Shown here piece after piece: positions 17,677-27,074 of a DNA stretch of 43,537 bases. The stretch's first letter is position 1, and every line of letters starts with the position of its first letter. The position numbers and the translations under genes are program-made. The stretch comes from a virus (lineage: Duplodnaviria; Caudoviricetes): positions 1 through 43,537 of IMG/VR virus record IMGVR_UViG_3300017757_000027. One strand, 5' to 3'. Under the pieces are notes generated by a model. It was not told where the DNA came from and ran no database searches. It saw only the letters and a program-made list of their open reading frames with translations.

Positions 17677-18569
17677 AGGAAACTCTCCTTGTTATGTGAA
17701 TAATCAAACTCGCCTATTAAACGTAACTCAGCAAAATCTTGGCAGTCTAATTTTAATTCTGTTTGTTTTAATGTCGTTTTGTCTATAAAAATTAATCTAG
17801 AGGTCATGTTTTCCCTGTTAGTTACTCCAACTATATGGAAATATTTATTGGCCGCATACCCTCTAATAAAATCTTTATTAATGTTTTTTAACCTAATGCA
17901 AGAATTATCTTCCCTTACAATATATTGAGATAGGCCGGTGTCTAGTGTAGACGCTATTCCTCTATCTAAATATACACAATGAGCAAATTTTGCTCTTAAT
18001 TGTCTTCTTTTTACTAAATTTAGTTTCAAGTCTAACTTTAAATATTCGCTAAACCGTTTACCCCAGTTGTGCAGCAAAACGTACAGAAATTCTCCATCGT
18101 AATGCAAGCTATTGATGTGGTTTTTATCCATATCTCTGAAATGTACAGGTTTGTCTATTTCTACCTCTTCTTGTTTTACGGGGTCAAATAATCTTTCTAC
18201 CTTTTCTGATTTAATGTCAAAAATATTTATACAGTTTATAGAAGTATCCGTAGCGTATATTTTACCGTCTATTTCTAATATTTGATGTGGATTTCCGTGG
18301 TAAATATCATAGTGGTTTATTTGATTTAAGTTCTTGTCAAACTTTATCAAGTTTGTTCTGTTTGCCACAAAAAAGTTTTGTTCGTTCCAAGAAACCCCAA
18401 ATGGTCTGCTTTTTATATATCTTGTTTGACCTTCCCATCCGTAAAATTTATCTTGGTTTATTTCAATTCTATGTCCATAATTCTCAGTTTCTAGTGTTTC
18501 TGTGTCAATAATTGAAAATTGATAATTCAAGGGTTCTGGCAAGTGAGTTGGCGTATACAATATTTTCAT
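17673..18569 (-). CDS. Putative beta-propeller protein (298 aa)
   Basis: Blade-like repeats RPFGVSW, NPHQI, HINSL, FAHCV, FIRGYA. Confidence 0.55.
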   Translation of the reverse strand: MKILYTPTHLPEPLNYQFSIIDTETLETENYGHRIEINQDKFYGWEGQTRYIKSRPFGVSWNEQNFFVANRTNLIKFDKNLNQINHYDIYHGNPHQILEIDGKIYATDTSINCINIFDIKSEKVERLFDPVKQEEVEIDKPVHFRDMDKNHINSLHYDGEFLYVLLHNWGKRFSEYLKLDLKLNLVKRRQLRAKFAHCVYLDRGIASTLDTGLSQYIVREDNSCIRLKNINKDFIRGYAANKYFHIVGVTNRENMTSRLIFIDKTTLKQTELKLDCQDFAELRLIGEFDYSHNKESFL

Positions 18570-19492
18570 AACTCTATAACTTGTTCTCCAAGTCTTATTT
18601 TACTTAATTGTTGTGATCCTAAATATGCTTTGGTGATAGTAGTGCTTCCAAACCTAACGTTATTGCTAGAGGCGGGACTGCTTGTAGCATTGCCAATAAC
18701 CTCAACACTCAAGGTAAATACATCAACTTTATCTACTGGGCCTACGCCGGAAGAAATTACTTCTACCCCAAATGCCGATATGCTGGGATTATTTGCTGGG
18801 CCTGATCCCGCATTACCAAGCACCTCAATGCCTAAACCGGCAGGATTACCTACTGCGGTTGCACCTCCATCTCCAAGGACTTCAACACCAATCGCTGCGG
18901 TTTGAGCGCTATCTCCATAGGGAACACCTATTACCTCAACGCCTAAGCCGCCCGTTGTAGAGTTTGATGAAGCGGCGGCAGTATAATGTACAGTAATTTG
19001 CACATGATCTACAGAGGCTGTATCAGATTCACCGAATCCAGCACCAGAAGTACATCTAATGTAAACACCAAAATCTGAAGAATTAACCTTGGCCGGTGTC
19101 CAAGTTTCACTCCATGTGTCGGATGAGCCACCAAAAGTCGTACTGGCATCACTTGTGGGCCAAGCCGCACCTCCCGACTTATTGCTTGACCCAACACCCG
19201 CAGACCCATCACCATTTAATATTTTTATTTCGCTATCTGTAATTGATCCGCCAGCATCTTTTCTTTCTATAATTACTTCTATACCATCTATAGTAGCACC
19301 GGAATCTATAGAAAATCCGAAGTTGGTTGCTTTGAGATAGTCAAATCCTCCACCACCCATACCAGCATTAAAGGTAGCGGTACAGTAAGAATTATCACTA
19401 GCGGTAATATTGCCCGGATTATCCCAGACAGTAGCCCCAAAGCCGGTAGAAACACTAGCTCCAGTTCCACAACTTCTTGTTACAGATGCCAT
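18566..19492 (-). CDS. Virion structural protein with five (G/S)(V/I)EV(I/L) repeats (308 aa)
   Basis: Gly/Ser/Thr-rich N domain, repeats, and a C-terminal ITKAYLG...IRLG motif. Confidence 0.65.
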   Translation of the reverse strand: MASVTRSCGTGASVSTGFGATVWDNPGNITASDNSYCTATFNAGMGGGGFDYLKATNFGFSIDSGATIDGIEVIIERKDAGGSITDSEIKILNGDGSAGVGSSNKSGGAAWPTSDASTTFGGSSDTWSETWTPAKVNSSDFGVYIRCTSGAGFGESDTASVDHVQITVHYTAAASSNSTTGGLGVEVIGVPYGDSAQTAAIGVEVLGDGGATAVGNPAGLGIEVLGNAGSGPANNPSISAFGVEVISSGVGPVDKVDVFTLSVEVIGNATSSPASSNNVRFGSTTITKAYLGSQQLSKIRLGEQVIEL

Positions 19493-19503
19493 ATCTTAAA
19501 ATC

Positions 19504-20004
19504 CTACACTATAAAGTAAAGTGTGTTTGCGTCTTTGCTGCCTATAGCAGTGTAAGTAGCTTCACTCATTATCATAATATTGTTTACACCACTAGCGTCC
19601 ATGATTGGGCCACTAATAGGAACTCCAGAACCATTAAATTTTGGATAGTACCCATCATTATAAAGTTTATCTTTTTTATCTGTTGGAACGCCGCTTTGTA
19701 AAGTTATAGGTTGATGAGCAATAATACCACTTGCATATTCACCTAATTTAACTTGACCGTCAGAATTAACTTCTATGGACGGTAGACCTGTAATATCTGA
19801 AACACTAAATATAGTACCACTGGACAAGTTGTCCGTGATTCCAAAAAGTTGCCCCTGAGTACCTTCAAAAGTTAATGCACTGCCAGAACCTGTTGCGCTT
19901 TGAAAACTAGAAAGCACATTAAGTTCTACTGCGGTGTCAGTTGTTCCGCTACCACGAAACAGTATTTCACCGTCTCCGGGTGTTATTAAAATATCTCGTG
20001 CCAT
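19504..20004 (-). CDS. Fibre-associated protein (166 aa)
   Basis: FEGTQGQLFGITDNLSSG..FSVSDITGLP motif and a C-terminal SEATYTAI..KDANTLYFI motif typical of phage fibre proteins. Confidence 0.6.
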   Translation of the reverse strand: MARDILITPGDGEILFRGSGTTDTAVELNVLSSFQSATGSGSALTFEGTQGQLFGITDNLSSGTIFSVSDITGLPSIEVNSDGQVKLGEYASGIIAHQPITLQSGVPTDKKDKLYNDGYYPKFNGSGVPISGPIMDASGVNNIMIMSEATYTAIGSKDANTLYFIV

Positions 20005-20684
20005 TATGCATATCTCCCCTTTGTTGCATTGTAGTTTCGTCTGATTTCATCAGCCGTGAGTGCGCGGTTGTATATGGAAACATTGGAAATTTTTCCTGAA
20101 TAATAATTCGCTAAACTAGCGTCAGAAGTCCTTCTACCTATCCATATATTTTGTGAACTAACAGAAGAAAATGTATGACTACGACTTATTGTATCGCCAG
20201 CCAATCCTTGATGATAAGACCTGTATATACTTCCATTATAAGTAAAAACCGTATTAACCCATTGACCAGCGCTGAAAGCTAAACTACTGTCTGGAGACAT
20301 TGAATCATAACCGTTTCCAGTGGCCTGTCCACCAACACCTATTATTCCGTTAGCAGGAATTCTAAAAACACCCGCATTGATCCAGTCATTATATCTACCC
20401 ATTACAATGGAAGTAAAGGTATCGCTATATTGAAACCAGCAACTTATAGTAACAGCACTGTAAGATGGATTCATGCCGGTATCAACATAATCATTACTCC
20501 CATCAAACACTATACTACCGCCATTTCCCGCATCAAAAGTCGGCCCATTGGTCAACGTCCCATTATTAGATTCTGCAAGATCACTCCAAGTCGTCCCCGT
20601 ACCCGGATAACTTCTTGAGTTAGCCGCATCCAAGCATAAGACAATTCCATCTTCAATTATATCAGGTCCAGCATTAACAGCCAT
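20004..20684 (-). CDS. LamG/concanavalin A-like lectin-domain protein, copy 3
   Basis: DGIVLCLDAAN..SYPG.GTTW.DL...FDG.NDYV...IYNRALTADEI..NYNATKGRY; TAATG-coupled start at 20684. Confidence 0.85.
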   Translation of the reverse strand: MAVNAGPDIIEDGIVLCLDAANSRSYPGTGTTWSDLAESNNGTLTNGPTFDAGNGGSIVFDGSNDYVDTGMNPSYSAVTISCWFQYSDTFTSIVMGRYNDWINAGVFRIPANGIIGVGGQATGNGYDSMSPDSSLAFSAGQWVNTVFTYNGSIYRSYHQGLAGDTISRSHTFSSVSSQNIWIGRRTSDASLANYYSGKISNVSIYNRALTADEIRRNYNATKGRYA

Positions 20685-21346
20685 TATGTGTACCTCCACT
20701 TTGTCGCATTATAATTTTGAAGGATTTCTTCTGCGGTTATCACTCGGTCATACACTAACGCCTGAGACATTTTCCCATAAACACTATACCCTATAGTAAG
20801 TACAATATTAGTTTTAGAGATACTATTGCTGTTTGAAGTAGAATGAGAACCTAGTAATTGACCGTCAACATACATTTTTTGATATGAAGTGTCAAAAGTT
20901 ACTACATAATTGTACCAGCGATTGGTTTGGGGTGTGTAAGCGTTATAAGTTGTTCCTCTAAGAACGCAGTATAATGAATTCCAAGTACCAAAATTAATAA
21001 CGGGAGCATCAGATGGACCCGTTGCAAAGAAAGCATTTTGTGTAACGCCAGCAAAATTTATCCAGCAAGAAAGAGAAAGAGTATCTACAAAAGTAATGTC
21101 TGAATAAACCACATCGTCCGTTCCATCAAATACAATAGCACCTCCATCATCTGTAGTAGTAGTACCGCCGACACTAGCACCATTATACAAAACCGCTGAA
21201 CCGTCAGCGGTTGTCAAGTTAGGTTTATCCCTAACGAGATTAGTCCAATTAGTATTGTCAGAAGGAAAACTTCTAGGATTAACGGCATCCAAGCATTTAT
21301 GAAGACCGTCTGTGACTATTGGTAGAGAACCGTGATTCAAGCCCAT
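20684..21346 (-). CDS. LamG/concanavalin A-like lectin-domain protein, copy 2
   Basis: Same family motifs; TAATG-coupled start at 21346. Confidence 0.85.
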   Translation of the reverse strand: MGLNHGSLPIVTDGLHKCLDAVNPRSFPSDNTNWTNLVRDKPNLTTADGSAVLYNGASVGGTTTTDDGGAIVFDGTDDVVYSDITFVDTLSLSCWINFAGVTQNAFFATGPSDAPVINFGTWNSLYCVLRGTTYNAYTPQTNRWYNYVVTFDTSYQKMYVDGQLLGSHSTSNSNSISKTNIVLTIGYSVYGKMSQALVYDRVITAEEILQNYNATKWRYT

Positions 21347-21618
21347 TATGGTAACTCCTCTAGTGGTTCCCACCAGACTTGATCTTCATTATTCAAAACA
21401 GCCAGTATCTCATCATGAGAATACTCTTGACTCTTACTAGAGCAGGCGGTTACACTTGAAGGCATATCGCCCTCATACTTCACAAACGTCAAAGTCCCGT
21501 CTACGCTATATCTTAAAGTGTCAGCAGACGTTTCCATCACTTGAGTAAAGTCTATATTTGAGACATCACTTGCTGAAATAACAACGTAATGCCTGTGGTC
21601 AAAATCACTATGACTCAT
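21346..21618 (-). CDS. Small acidic protein within the LamG cluster (90 aa)
   Basis: Coupled on both sides; IDF..V.ETSA.TLR.S.DG..TFVK motif. Confidence 0.75.
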   Translation of the reverse strand: MSHSDFDHRHYVVISASDVSNIDFTQVMETSADTLRYSVDGTLTFVKYEGDMPSSVTACSSKSQEYSHDEILAVLNNEDQVWWEPLEELP

Positions 21619-22337
21619 AAATATCTCCCTTTTGTTGCGTTGTAGTTTTGGAGGATTTCGTCGGCGGTTAGTGCGCGGTTGTATATTCTAAAGAAGTAAA
21701 ACGTTCCGGGTAAATCTTTGGATGTGTTAATATCTGCCCCAAGTCTAAAGTTATTTGCAGTGTTCTGCATTCCATCGTAATTAGAGTTTGTGTACGAATT
21801 TAAAAAAGTTCCGTTTTTATACAGGGAAAGAGTCCCAGCGGAAGCATCAATGGTTATATCTAGTATAAAAATCTCGTCAGCAGACATTATATTGCTTGAG
21901 GTAGACACCCAAATTTGTGTGTCTCCATCATATGTTAAACAAGATATTGCATTTGTATTACCGGCCCCGACATTAGCGGGAGAACCTACACCTCTATCAA
22001 AAAAACAGAGAATAGGTCTGTATTGCTGATGTTGGCCTTTTGATATAATATCATAATCACTGGATAAATTGTCTAACTTCAAACCAACACTAAAAGAAAC
22101 ATTAGTTGTGTTTGTCTCTTCAAGGTCTTGTATTTCAATATAATCATTTGTTCCATCTAAAACTATACCGCCACCATTAGCTGAATTAAAGGAAGCATCA
22201 TTTGCCAATGCTCCATTATTACCACCCCTTAGATCAGTCCACGTAGTCCCCGCCCCCGGATAGCTACGCTTATTACCCGCATCTAAACACAACACAAGAC
22301 CGTCAGTAACAATTTTAGGATTATAAATAACTCCCAT
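21615..22337 (-). CDS. LamG/concanavalin A-like lectin-domain protein, copy 1
   Basis: Same family motifs; TAATG-coupled start at 22337. Confidence 0.85.
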   Translation of the reverse strand: MGVIYNPKIVTDGLVLCLDAGNKRSYPGAGTTWTDLRGGNNGALANDASFNSANGGGIVLDGTNDYIEIQDLEETNTTNVSFSVGLKLDNLSSDYDIISKGQHQQYRPILCFFDRGVGSPANVGAGNTNAISCLTYDGDTQIWVSTSSNIMSADEIFILDITIDASAGTLSLYKNGTFLNSYTNSNYDGMQNTANNFRLGADINTSKDLPGTFYFFRIYNRALTADEILQNYNATKGRYL

Positions 22338-25300
22338 TACCACTCCACCTTTAGTTTTTCAACGTCTTTGCGCTCACCATAAACAACGTAATCGTAACTA
22401 CCTTTAGAGCCACCAACCTTTATATAATTCTTGCCTTTTTCTTGTATGTAAAGAGCTTGATAAAATCCTATTGGAGTAAGAGTAACTGTGACAGTAGACT
22501 GATCTACTAATGTTGACCAATACTCTGGGAGCGTAATTATGTTAGAGCCACTAGTTCCTCTGATGTATACGCCATTTTCTGGACCTTCCAAAGATGCATA
22601 CTGTAATTTCATACCACTTTTTGTTGGATGATCTATCAAGAACGATTTTGTAGTTGCTGTAAAAGCGCCGTTAACCGCTAGGGTAGAACCATCAAAAGTA
22701 AGATTGGCCTCACCGTTAAGAGCGTCTGTACTGCTAAATGTTGCCACTCTGTTGTCTGCTCCGTTAGCAACAGCCGAAACAGCACCTCCACCCCCACCTC
22801 CACTGCCGTTAGAAGCGGCGGTAATTCTACCTTGTGCATCAACAGTAATATCTGCGGCTGTATAACTACCAGCAGTAACTGCTGTGTTTGCAAGATGTGA
22901 CGCACCGACACCATCGGCTTTAACCCTTAAAGAATCAGAATCTATCTCAATCGTACTATCATCAACGCTTACGGCAAAACTTCTACTTGCAGAAATATCC
23001 CCACCGCCCGTTAAGCCATCACCAGCAGTTAAAGTTACAGATGTGTGATCAATGTGTTCATTAGCTACAAAGTTACTAAGTGCATCATGATCTATTTCGC
23101 TATCAACGCTATTGACAGTAACGGTGTTTGTAGCACTTGTAACAAACTCCGCTCCGGTTCCGTCTGTAAACGTTATAGTTTCGCCATCGTCAACCGTTTG
23201 TGCGGTAGTGCCATCGGTAATAATAAAGCTAGACATGCTTCCACCGCCACCGCCACCGCCGGAAGAAGTAAAAGTAATAGTATCGCTTGTAGCGTTTGTT
23301 GTGATTGTCATATTAGAACCAGCAACAAGCGTTAGTGTGTCCGTAGTTGCATCGGCTACAACGTCAGACTGTCCTGCAACTGAGATTGTAGAAAACAGAT
23401 TTTGTGATCCACCACTAGTCAGTCCAGATACTGTTACGATGTCGGCAGCATTAGTGTCTACTCGCGACTCAAAGTACCCTGAGTTCGCAGCTATGTTGCT
23501 ATCTGCTGAGTCTACTCTTGATTCAAAGTATCCAGAGTTTGCAGTGATACTAGAAGAGTTTGTTGATATATTAGAATCCGCAGAGTCTACTCTTGATTCA
23601 AAATATCCACTAACAGCAGTTATCACCCCTCCACTAGCAGCAGGTAATTTAGTTGCTATGTTTGAAGTATTTGTAGAAATATTAGATTGATTATCGTTAA
23701 CACGACTTTCAAAATATCCAGATATTGCGCCATCTGTTGTAGTATATATCAAACCCTTCATGTTAGAAGGATGCGCTGTACAGTAGTAGTACAACTTGTC
23801 TGGTGCGTTTTGCGGAACCTCAAAGGTAACAGAACCAGCAGCAGAACCGATCTCTATATTATTTCCATCAGCATCAGAATAAACACTACCTCCATCCGTA
23901 GTAGAGACCGCAAATGGATGACCGGAAAATGTTTTATTAAGTATGTACGTATGACCTTTGTGCATATACATAGTTGGGTCAGAGGCGCTATTAAGACCCA
24001 TGCCGTCTATTGTATAATTACTACCGTCACCAGCGGTTATATTAAATATATTGTTAGGAATTAAACCGGACACAGTGTTTATACTGGCAGTGTTGGTCGC
24101 TATATTGGTTTGATTGGAGTCAGCACGACTTTCAAAATAGCCAGACACGGCGGAGTCGTCATATAACAAACCAGAAACTGTATTTATACTAGCAACGTTA
24201 GTTGCTATGTCGGTATCATTGCTAGTGATCTGACTTTGTAAGTTACCACTGGTGTTACTAATTAACGTAGTTAAAGTAGATGCGATATTAGCATCATCAT
24301 TTATAGCAGCGGCTAATTCATTGAGAGTATCTAAAGTTCCCGGTGCGTTATCTACAAGACTTGCAATCTCGTTTGTTATCGTGGAACCAGCCCAACCACT
24401 GACAGAGTTTATAAGATTAGTGTTTGCGGTTATACTTGTATCTGCTAAATCAACTCTAGTTTCAAAATAACCAGAAATCGCAGTGTCGTCGTAAAGTAAT
24501 CCAGAAACAGTCGTTATGTCTATTTCACTTTGAATAGCCAAGCCCGAAGCAAAGTTGGCTATACTATCATCGTCAGATGTTAAGAACGTAGAGGCAGCCC
24601 ATCCACTAATAGCTACGCCGCTTGCTGAGTTAGCTAATATATCATCAGAACTTCCTCCACCGTCCTCGCTGATGGTGTAACTAGCCCAACCACTAACAGA
24701 GCTATCTCCATTGATTACAGATGTTGAAACAACGCTATCAAGACTAGTCATAGTGCTGATAGCCCAACCACTAACACTAGCAATGGCTGCATTGTCACGA
24801 GCGGTCATGTTGTAGTCAGACCAGCCACTAACCGCTATTGCAGAGTGGTCTTCTGTATCGTCTAAGTGAGATTGGAAATAACCACTTATAGCGACACCGC
24901 TGGCTGAACTGGTATTTATTTCAGTTAATACATTTTTAGTTCCAGCGATAAGATCACCAGTAGCGGTAATGGAGTTTCCAGTAATGTTTCCATCTTTATC
25001 TACTTTGGCAACTATTCCGTCAGAAGTATTTAACCATTGCTGTAAAACAGCGGCCTGTCCCGCAGCGCCCTTAACCGTTAAGCCTTCCTGAGAAGCAGTT
25101 AGAGAGGTAATTATAGCGCCGGTGTCATAACTTGCTTTAAAGACCTGCGCGCCTTTATGTGTCACATCAAAACCAGCCCCATGCGTGAGATTTAGACTGG
25201 TTATTGAATTAGAGTATAAACCAACACTACCATCTCCAGCGTAAATGTAAGCGGAAGTCGGTGCTGCCGCCTCGTCGCTTGGTGAATCTTTTAAACCCAA

Positions 25301-25819
25301 CCTCCAATCTGGAGAAGCAGTAGCATCGTGATAAAGAGATAAAGTTTTATCGTAAGCGTCATCAACGAAAGCGTGAAAAAAGTTACCCGCAGATTCTCTT
25401 CTTAGTGTAAGAATTCCGCTAATTCCAACGTCACCACTAGCGCTCAAGCTTTTTATAGAAACGCCATCAAGTTTTAAGTCCGTATCAACTAAGTCAATTA
25501 CGCCATCATTATTTATGTAGACTGTCTTTTCTGCTGGAACAGCACAGAAAACAAATGAAACACCACTTAAACTTATTTTAGCGTTACTGTTAGAGCTTTT
25601 TAACACTGTATCTCTAGATAGAGTGTTGCCAGATGAAGAATAAGTACCAATTCCTATTTCGTAATCGGACTCATTTTCAATAACATAGTACGTAACGTTT
25701 CCGTCACCTATAGCATCAGCAAAGCTTCTATACCCGCCAAAAGCGCCGGTAAGCGTTATCGTACCAGCGCCAGAAGTAACGGTCGTTTCTTTTACTCTGT
25801 CTGAGATTATAAAGCTCAT
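22337..25819 (-). CDS. Long fibre protein with coiled-coil repeats, a cupredoxin-like domain and a C-terminal chaperone-like domain (1160 aa)
   Basis: SDRVKET N-domain; SGYFESR/VSGW repeats; APGTLDTLNELAAAI fibre motif; HPF...YYYCTAHPSNM; poly-Gly hinges; C-terminal KSFLIDHP...LEGPENGVY...LPEYW. Confidence 0.85.
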   Translation of the reverse strand: MSFIISDRVKETTVTSGAGTITLTGAFGGYRSFADAIGDGNVTYYVIENESDYEIGIGTYSSSGNTLSRDTVLKSSNSNAKISLSGVSFVFCAVPAEKTVYINNDGVIDLVDTDLKLDGVSIKSLSASGDVGISGILTLRRESAGNFFHAFVDDAYDKTLSLYHDATASPDWRLGLKDSPSDEAAAPTSAYIYAGDGSVGLYSNSITSLNLTHGAGFDVTHKGAQVFKASYDTGAIITSLTASQEGLTVKGAAGQAAVLQQWLNTSDGIVAKVDKDGNITGNSITATGDLIAGTKNVLTEINTSSASGVAISGYFQSHLDDTEDHSAIAVSGWSDYNMTARDNAAIASVSGWAISTMTSLDSVVSTSVINGDSSVSGWASYTISEDGGGSSDDILANSASGVAISGWAASTFLTSDDDSIANFASGLAIQSEIDITTVSGLLYDDTAISGYFETRVDLADTSITANTNLINSVSGWAGSTITNEIASLVDNAPGTLDTLNELAAAINDDANIASTLTTLISNTSGNLQSQITSNDTDIATNVASINTVSGLLYDDSAVSGYFESRADSNQTNIATNTASINTVSGLIPNNIFNITAGDGSNYTIDGMGLNSASDPTMYMHKGHTYILNKTFSGHPFAVSTTDGGSVYSDADGNNIEIGSAAGSVTFEVPQNAPDKLYYYCTAHPSNMKGLIYTTTDGAISGYFESRVNDNQSNISTNTSNIATKLPAASGGVITAVSGYFESRVDSADSNISTNSSSITANSGYFESRVDSADSNIAANSGYFESRVDTNAADIVTVSGLTSGGSQNLFSTISVAGQSDVVADATTDTLTLVAGSNMTITTNATSDTITFTSSGGGGGGGSMSSFIITDGTTAQTVDDGETITFTDGTGAEFVTSATNTVTVNSVDSEIDHDALSNFVANEHIDHTSVTLTAGDGLTGGGDISASRSFAVSVDDSTIEIDSDSLRVKADGVGASHLANTAVTAGSYTAADITVDAQGRITAASNGSGGGGGGAVSAVANGADNRVATFSSTDALNGEANLTFDGSTLAVNGAFTATTKSFLIDHPTKSGMKLQYASLEGPENGVYIRGTSGSNIITLPEYWSTLVDQSTVTVTLTPIGFYQALYIQEKGKNYIKVGGSKGSYDYVVYGERKDVEKLKVEW

Positions 25820-25827
25820 AATTTTAC

Positions 25828-26991
25828 CTATTTAACCCTACAGCATTTTTTGTTTTGTATTTGATGTAATTGTTCTTGTAACTCCGCGATCTGTTTCTCT
25901 AAATCATTTTGTCCAACGTTGTTGTCAACGCCTTCTACGGAGTTGTTCTTATTGTAAATTTTATTTGCTTCTTGAACAAAGCTATTAAATAATTCTTCAC
26001 TTACGTTAGACTCTACGCAAAAGTGCTGCTTGAGGGGTGTCATGTCAAGATCAAGCTCTGTAAACTCTAATACATAATTCCTTAATTTGTTATCTACTGT
26101 CAATTCGTATTTTACACCATTTGGTCTTTCAAATCTATGTAGCCATTTTAGGAATGGTAAAGATATAGTTTTTCTTCCTGCCTTTCTATACTTCTCATGT
26201 ATGTAACACTCTTCTCCCCCAAATCCTCTTGCGTGTTCGTTAAATTTTAACCATGCCGTTTTCTTAGTGAAGAATAACCCTAAGCCTTGGGCAAATACTT
26301 CAAACGGTTTTTCTGAAAATTTCATCCCTAAAGGATTATAGCCTTCTTTTTTTAATACACCTTCATGACCCGCAAAGTCAATCTTTGGAAACTCCTTGTT
26401 GCAATAAGGGCAATTAGTTATCTCTTTTTGAGAAACATTGTCTCTAATTTCGCATTTTCCATCTTCTTTTTGTGCTGTTGTGAAGTGATACTTATCACAA
26501 ACGCAGTTCCAAGCCAATCCCCACTTACCCCACATGTGAGCGCCCCACCCGTCATTATACTGAGTTGTTATCTGCATCAATCCGTCATAAACTAACGGTC
26601 CTGTGTACAAATCTTTAGTGTCTGGATTGTGATCCATGAACATAAATAATTGATCTAACAGCTTGACCGTTGGGCATAGTAGAACATGACAATCCATCAC
26701 TAAAACAAATTCACCTCTAGCCTCTTCAATAACTTTATTTCTTGTTGCTGAAGTTCCATGAACACCATCTAAATCTATGACTCTTATTTGTCCTCGCCCG
26801 TGATTTTGAAAACTTTTTAAAGACTTGGCGTGTGCGCTATCTTTATCGTTTTCAATAATAATAAACTCTATTCTTCGCAAAAGATCCATTCTACCATTGA
26901 ACATAAGTTCTTTTCTGATATCCTGAATACTAAACCAAGCTCCGTCAAAGTCGTTGTGGTGAGCCATACCAATTGTTAAAATCTTATCCAT
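25828..26991 (-). CDS. GT-A fold glycosyltransferase (GT2/ppGalNAc-T-like) with a Cys-rich insert (387 aa)
   Basis: LTIGMA...IIIEND...ATRNKVIEEARGEFVLVMDCH, then GLGLF, GFGGEE and WLHRF motifs. Confidence 0.85.
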   Translation of the reverse strand: MDKILTIGMAHHNDFDGAWFSIQDIRKELMFNGRMDLLRRIEFIIIENDKDSAHAKSLKSFQNHGRGQIRVIDLDGVHGTSATRNKVIEEARGEFVLVMDCHVLLCPTVKLLDQLFMFMDHNPDTKDLYTGPLVYDGLMQITTQYNDGWGAHMWGKWGLAWNCVCDKYHFTTAQKEDGKCEIRDNVSQKEITNCPYCNKEFPKIDFAGHEGVLKKEGYNPLGMKFSEKPFEVFAQGLGLFFTKKTAWLKFNEHARGFGGEECYIHEKYRKAGRKTISLPFLKWLHRFERPNGVKYELTVDNKLRNYVLEFTELDLDMTPLKQHFCVESNVSEELFNSFVQEANKIYNKNNSVEGVDNNVGQNDLEKQIAELQEQLHQIQNKKCCRVK

Positions 26992-27074
26992 CTTTATTTT
27001 CCTTTTAAAAAACAGTTTTGGTTGTATTATATATTATCTAAGTTATATTGAAATTCAAATTTATATATTAAGTA

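Noticed and set aside
20004-22337. Diversity-generating retroelement TR/VR pair in the LamG genes
   Set aside because: Differences are not adenine-specific, both copies are coding, and no reverse transcriptase is in the window.
23045-24470. Plus-strand ORFs up to 192 aa, including a poly-Pro stretch
   Set aside because: Shadows of the Ser/Gly/Thr-rich fibre gene; no independent motifs.
23440-24490. Spaced DNA repeats (e.g. GAGTCTACTCTTGATTCAAA) as a possible CRISPR array
   Set aside because: Degenerate, irregularly spaced, in-frame coding repeats (SGYFESR).
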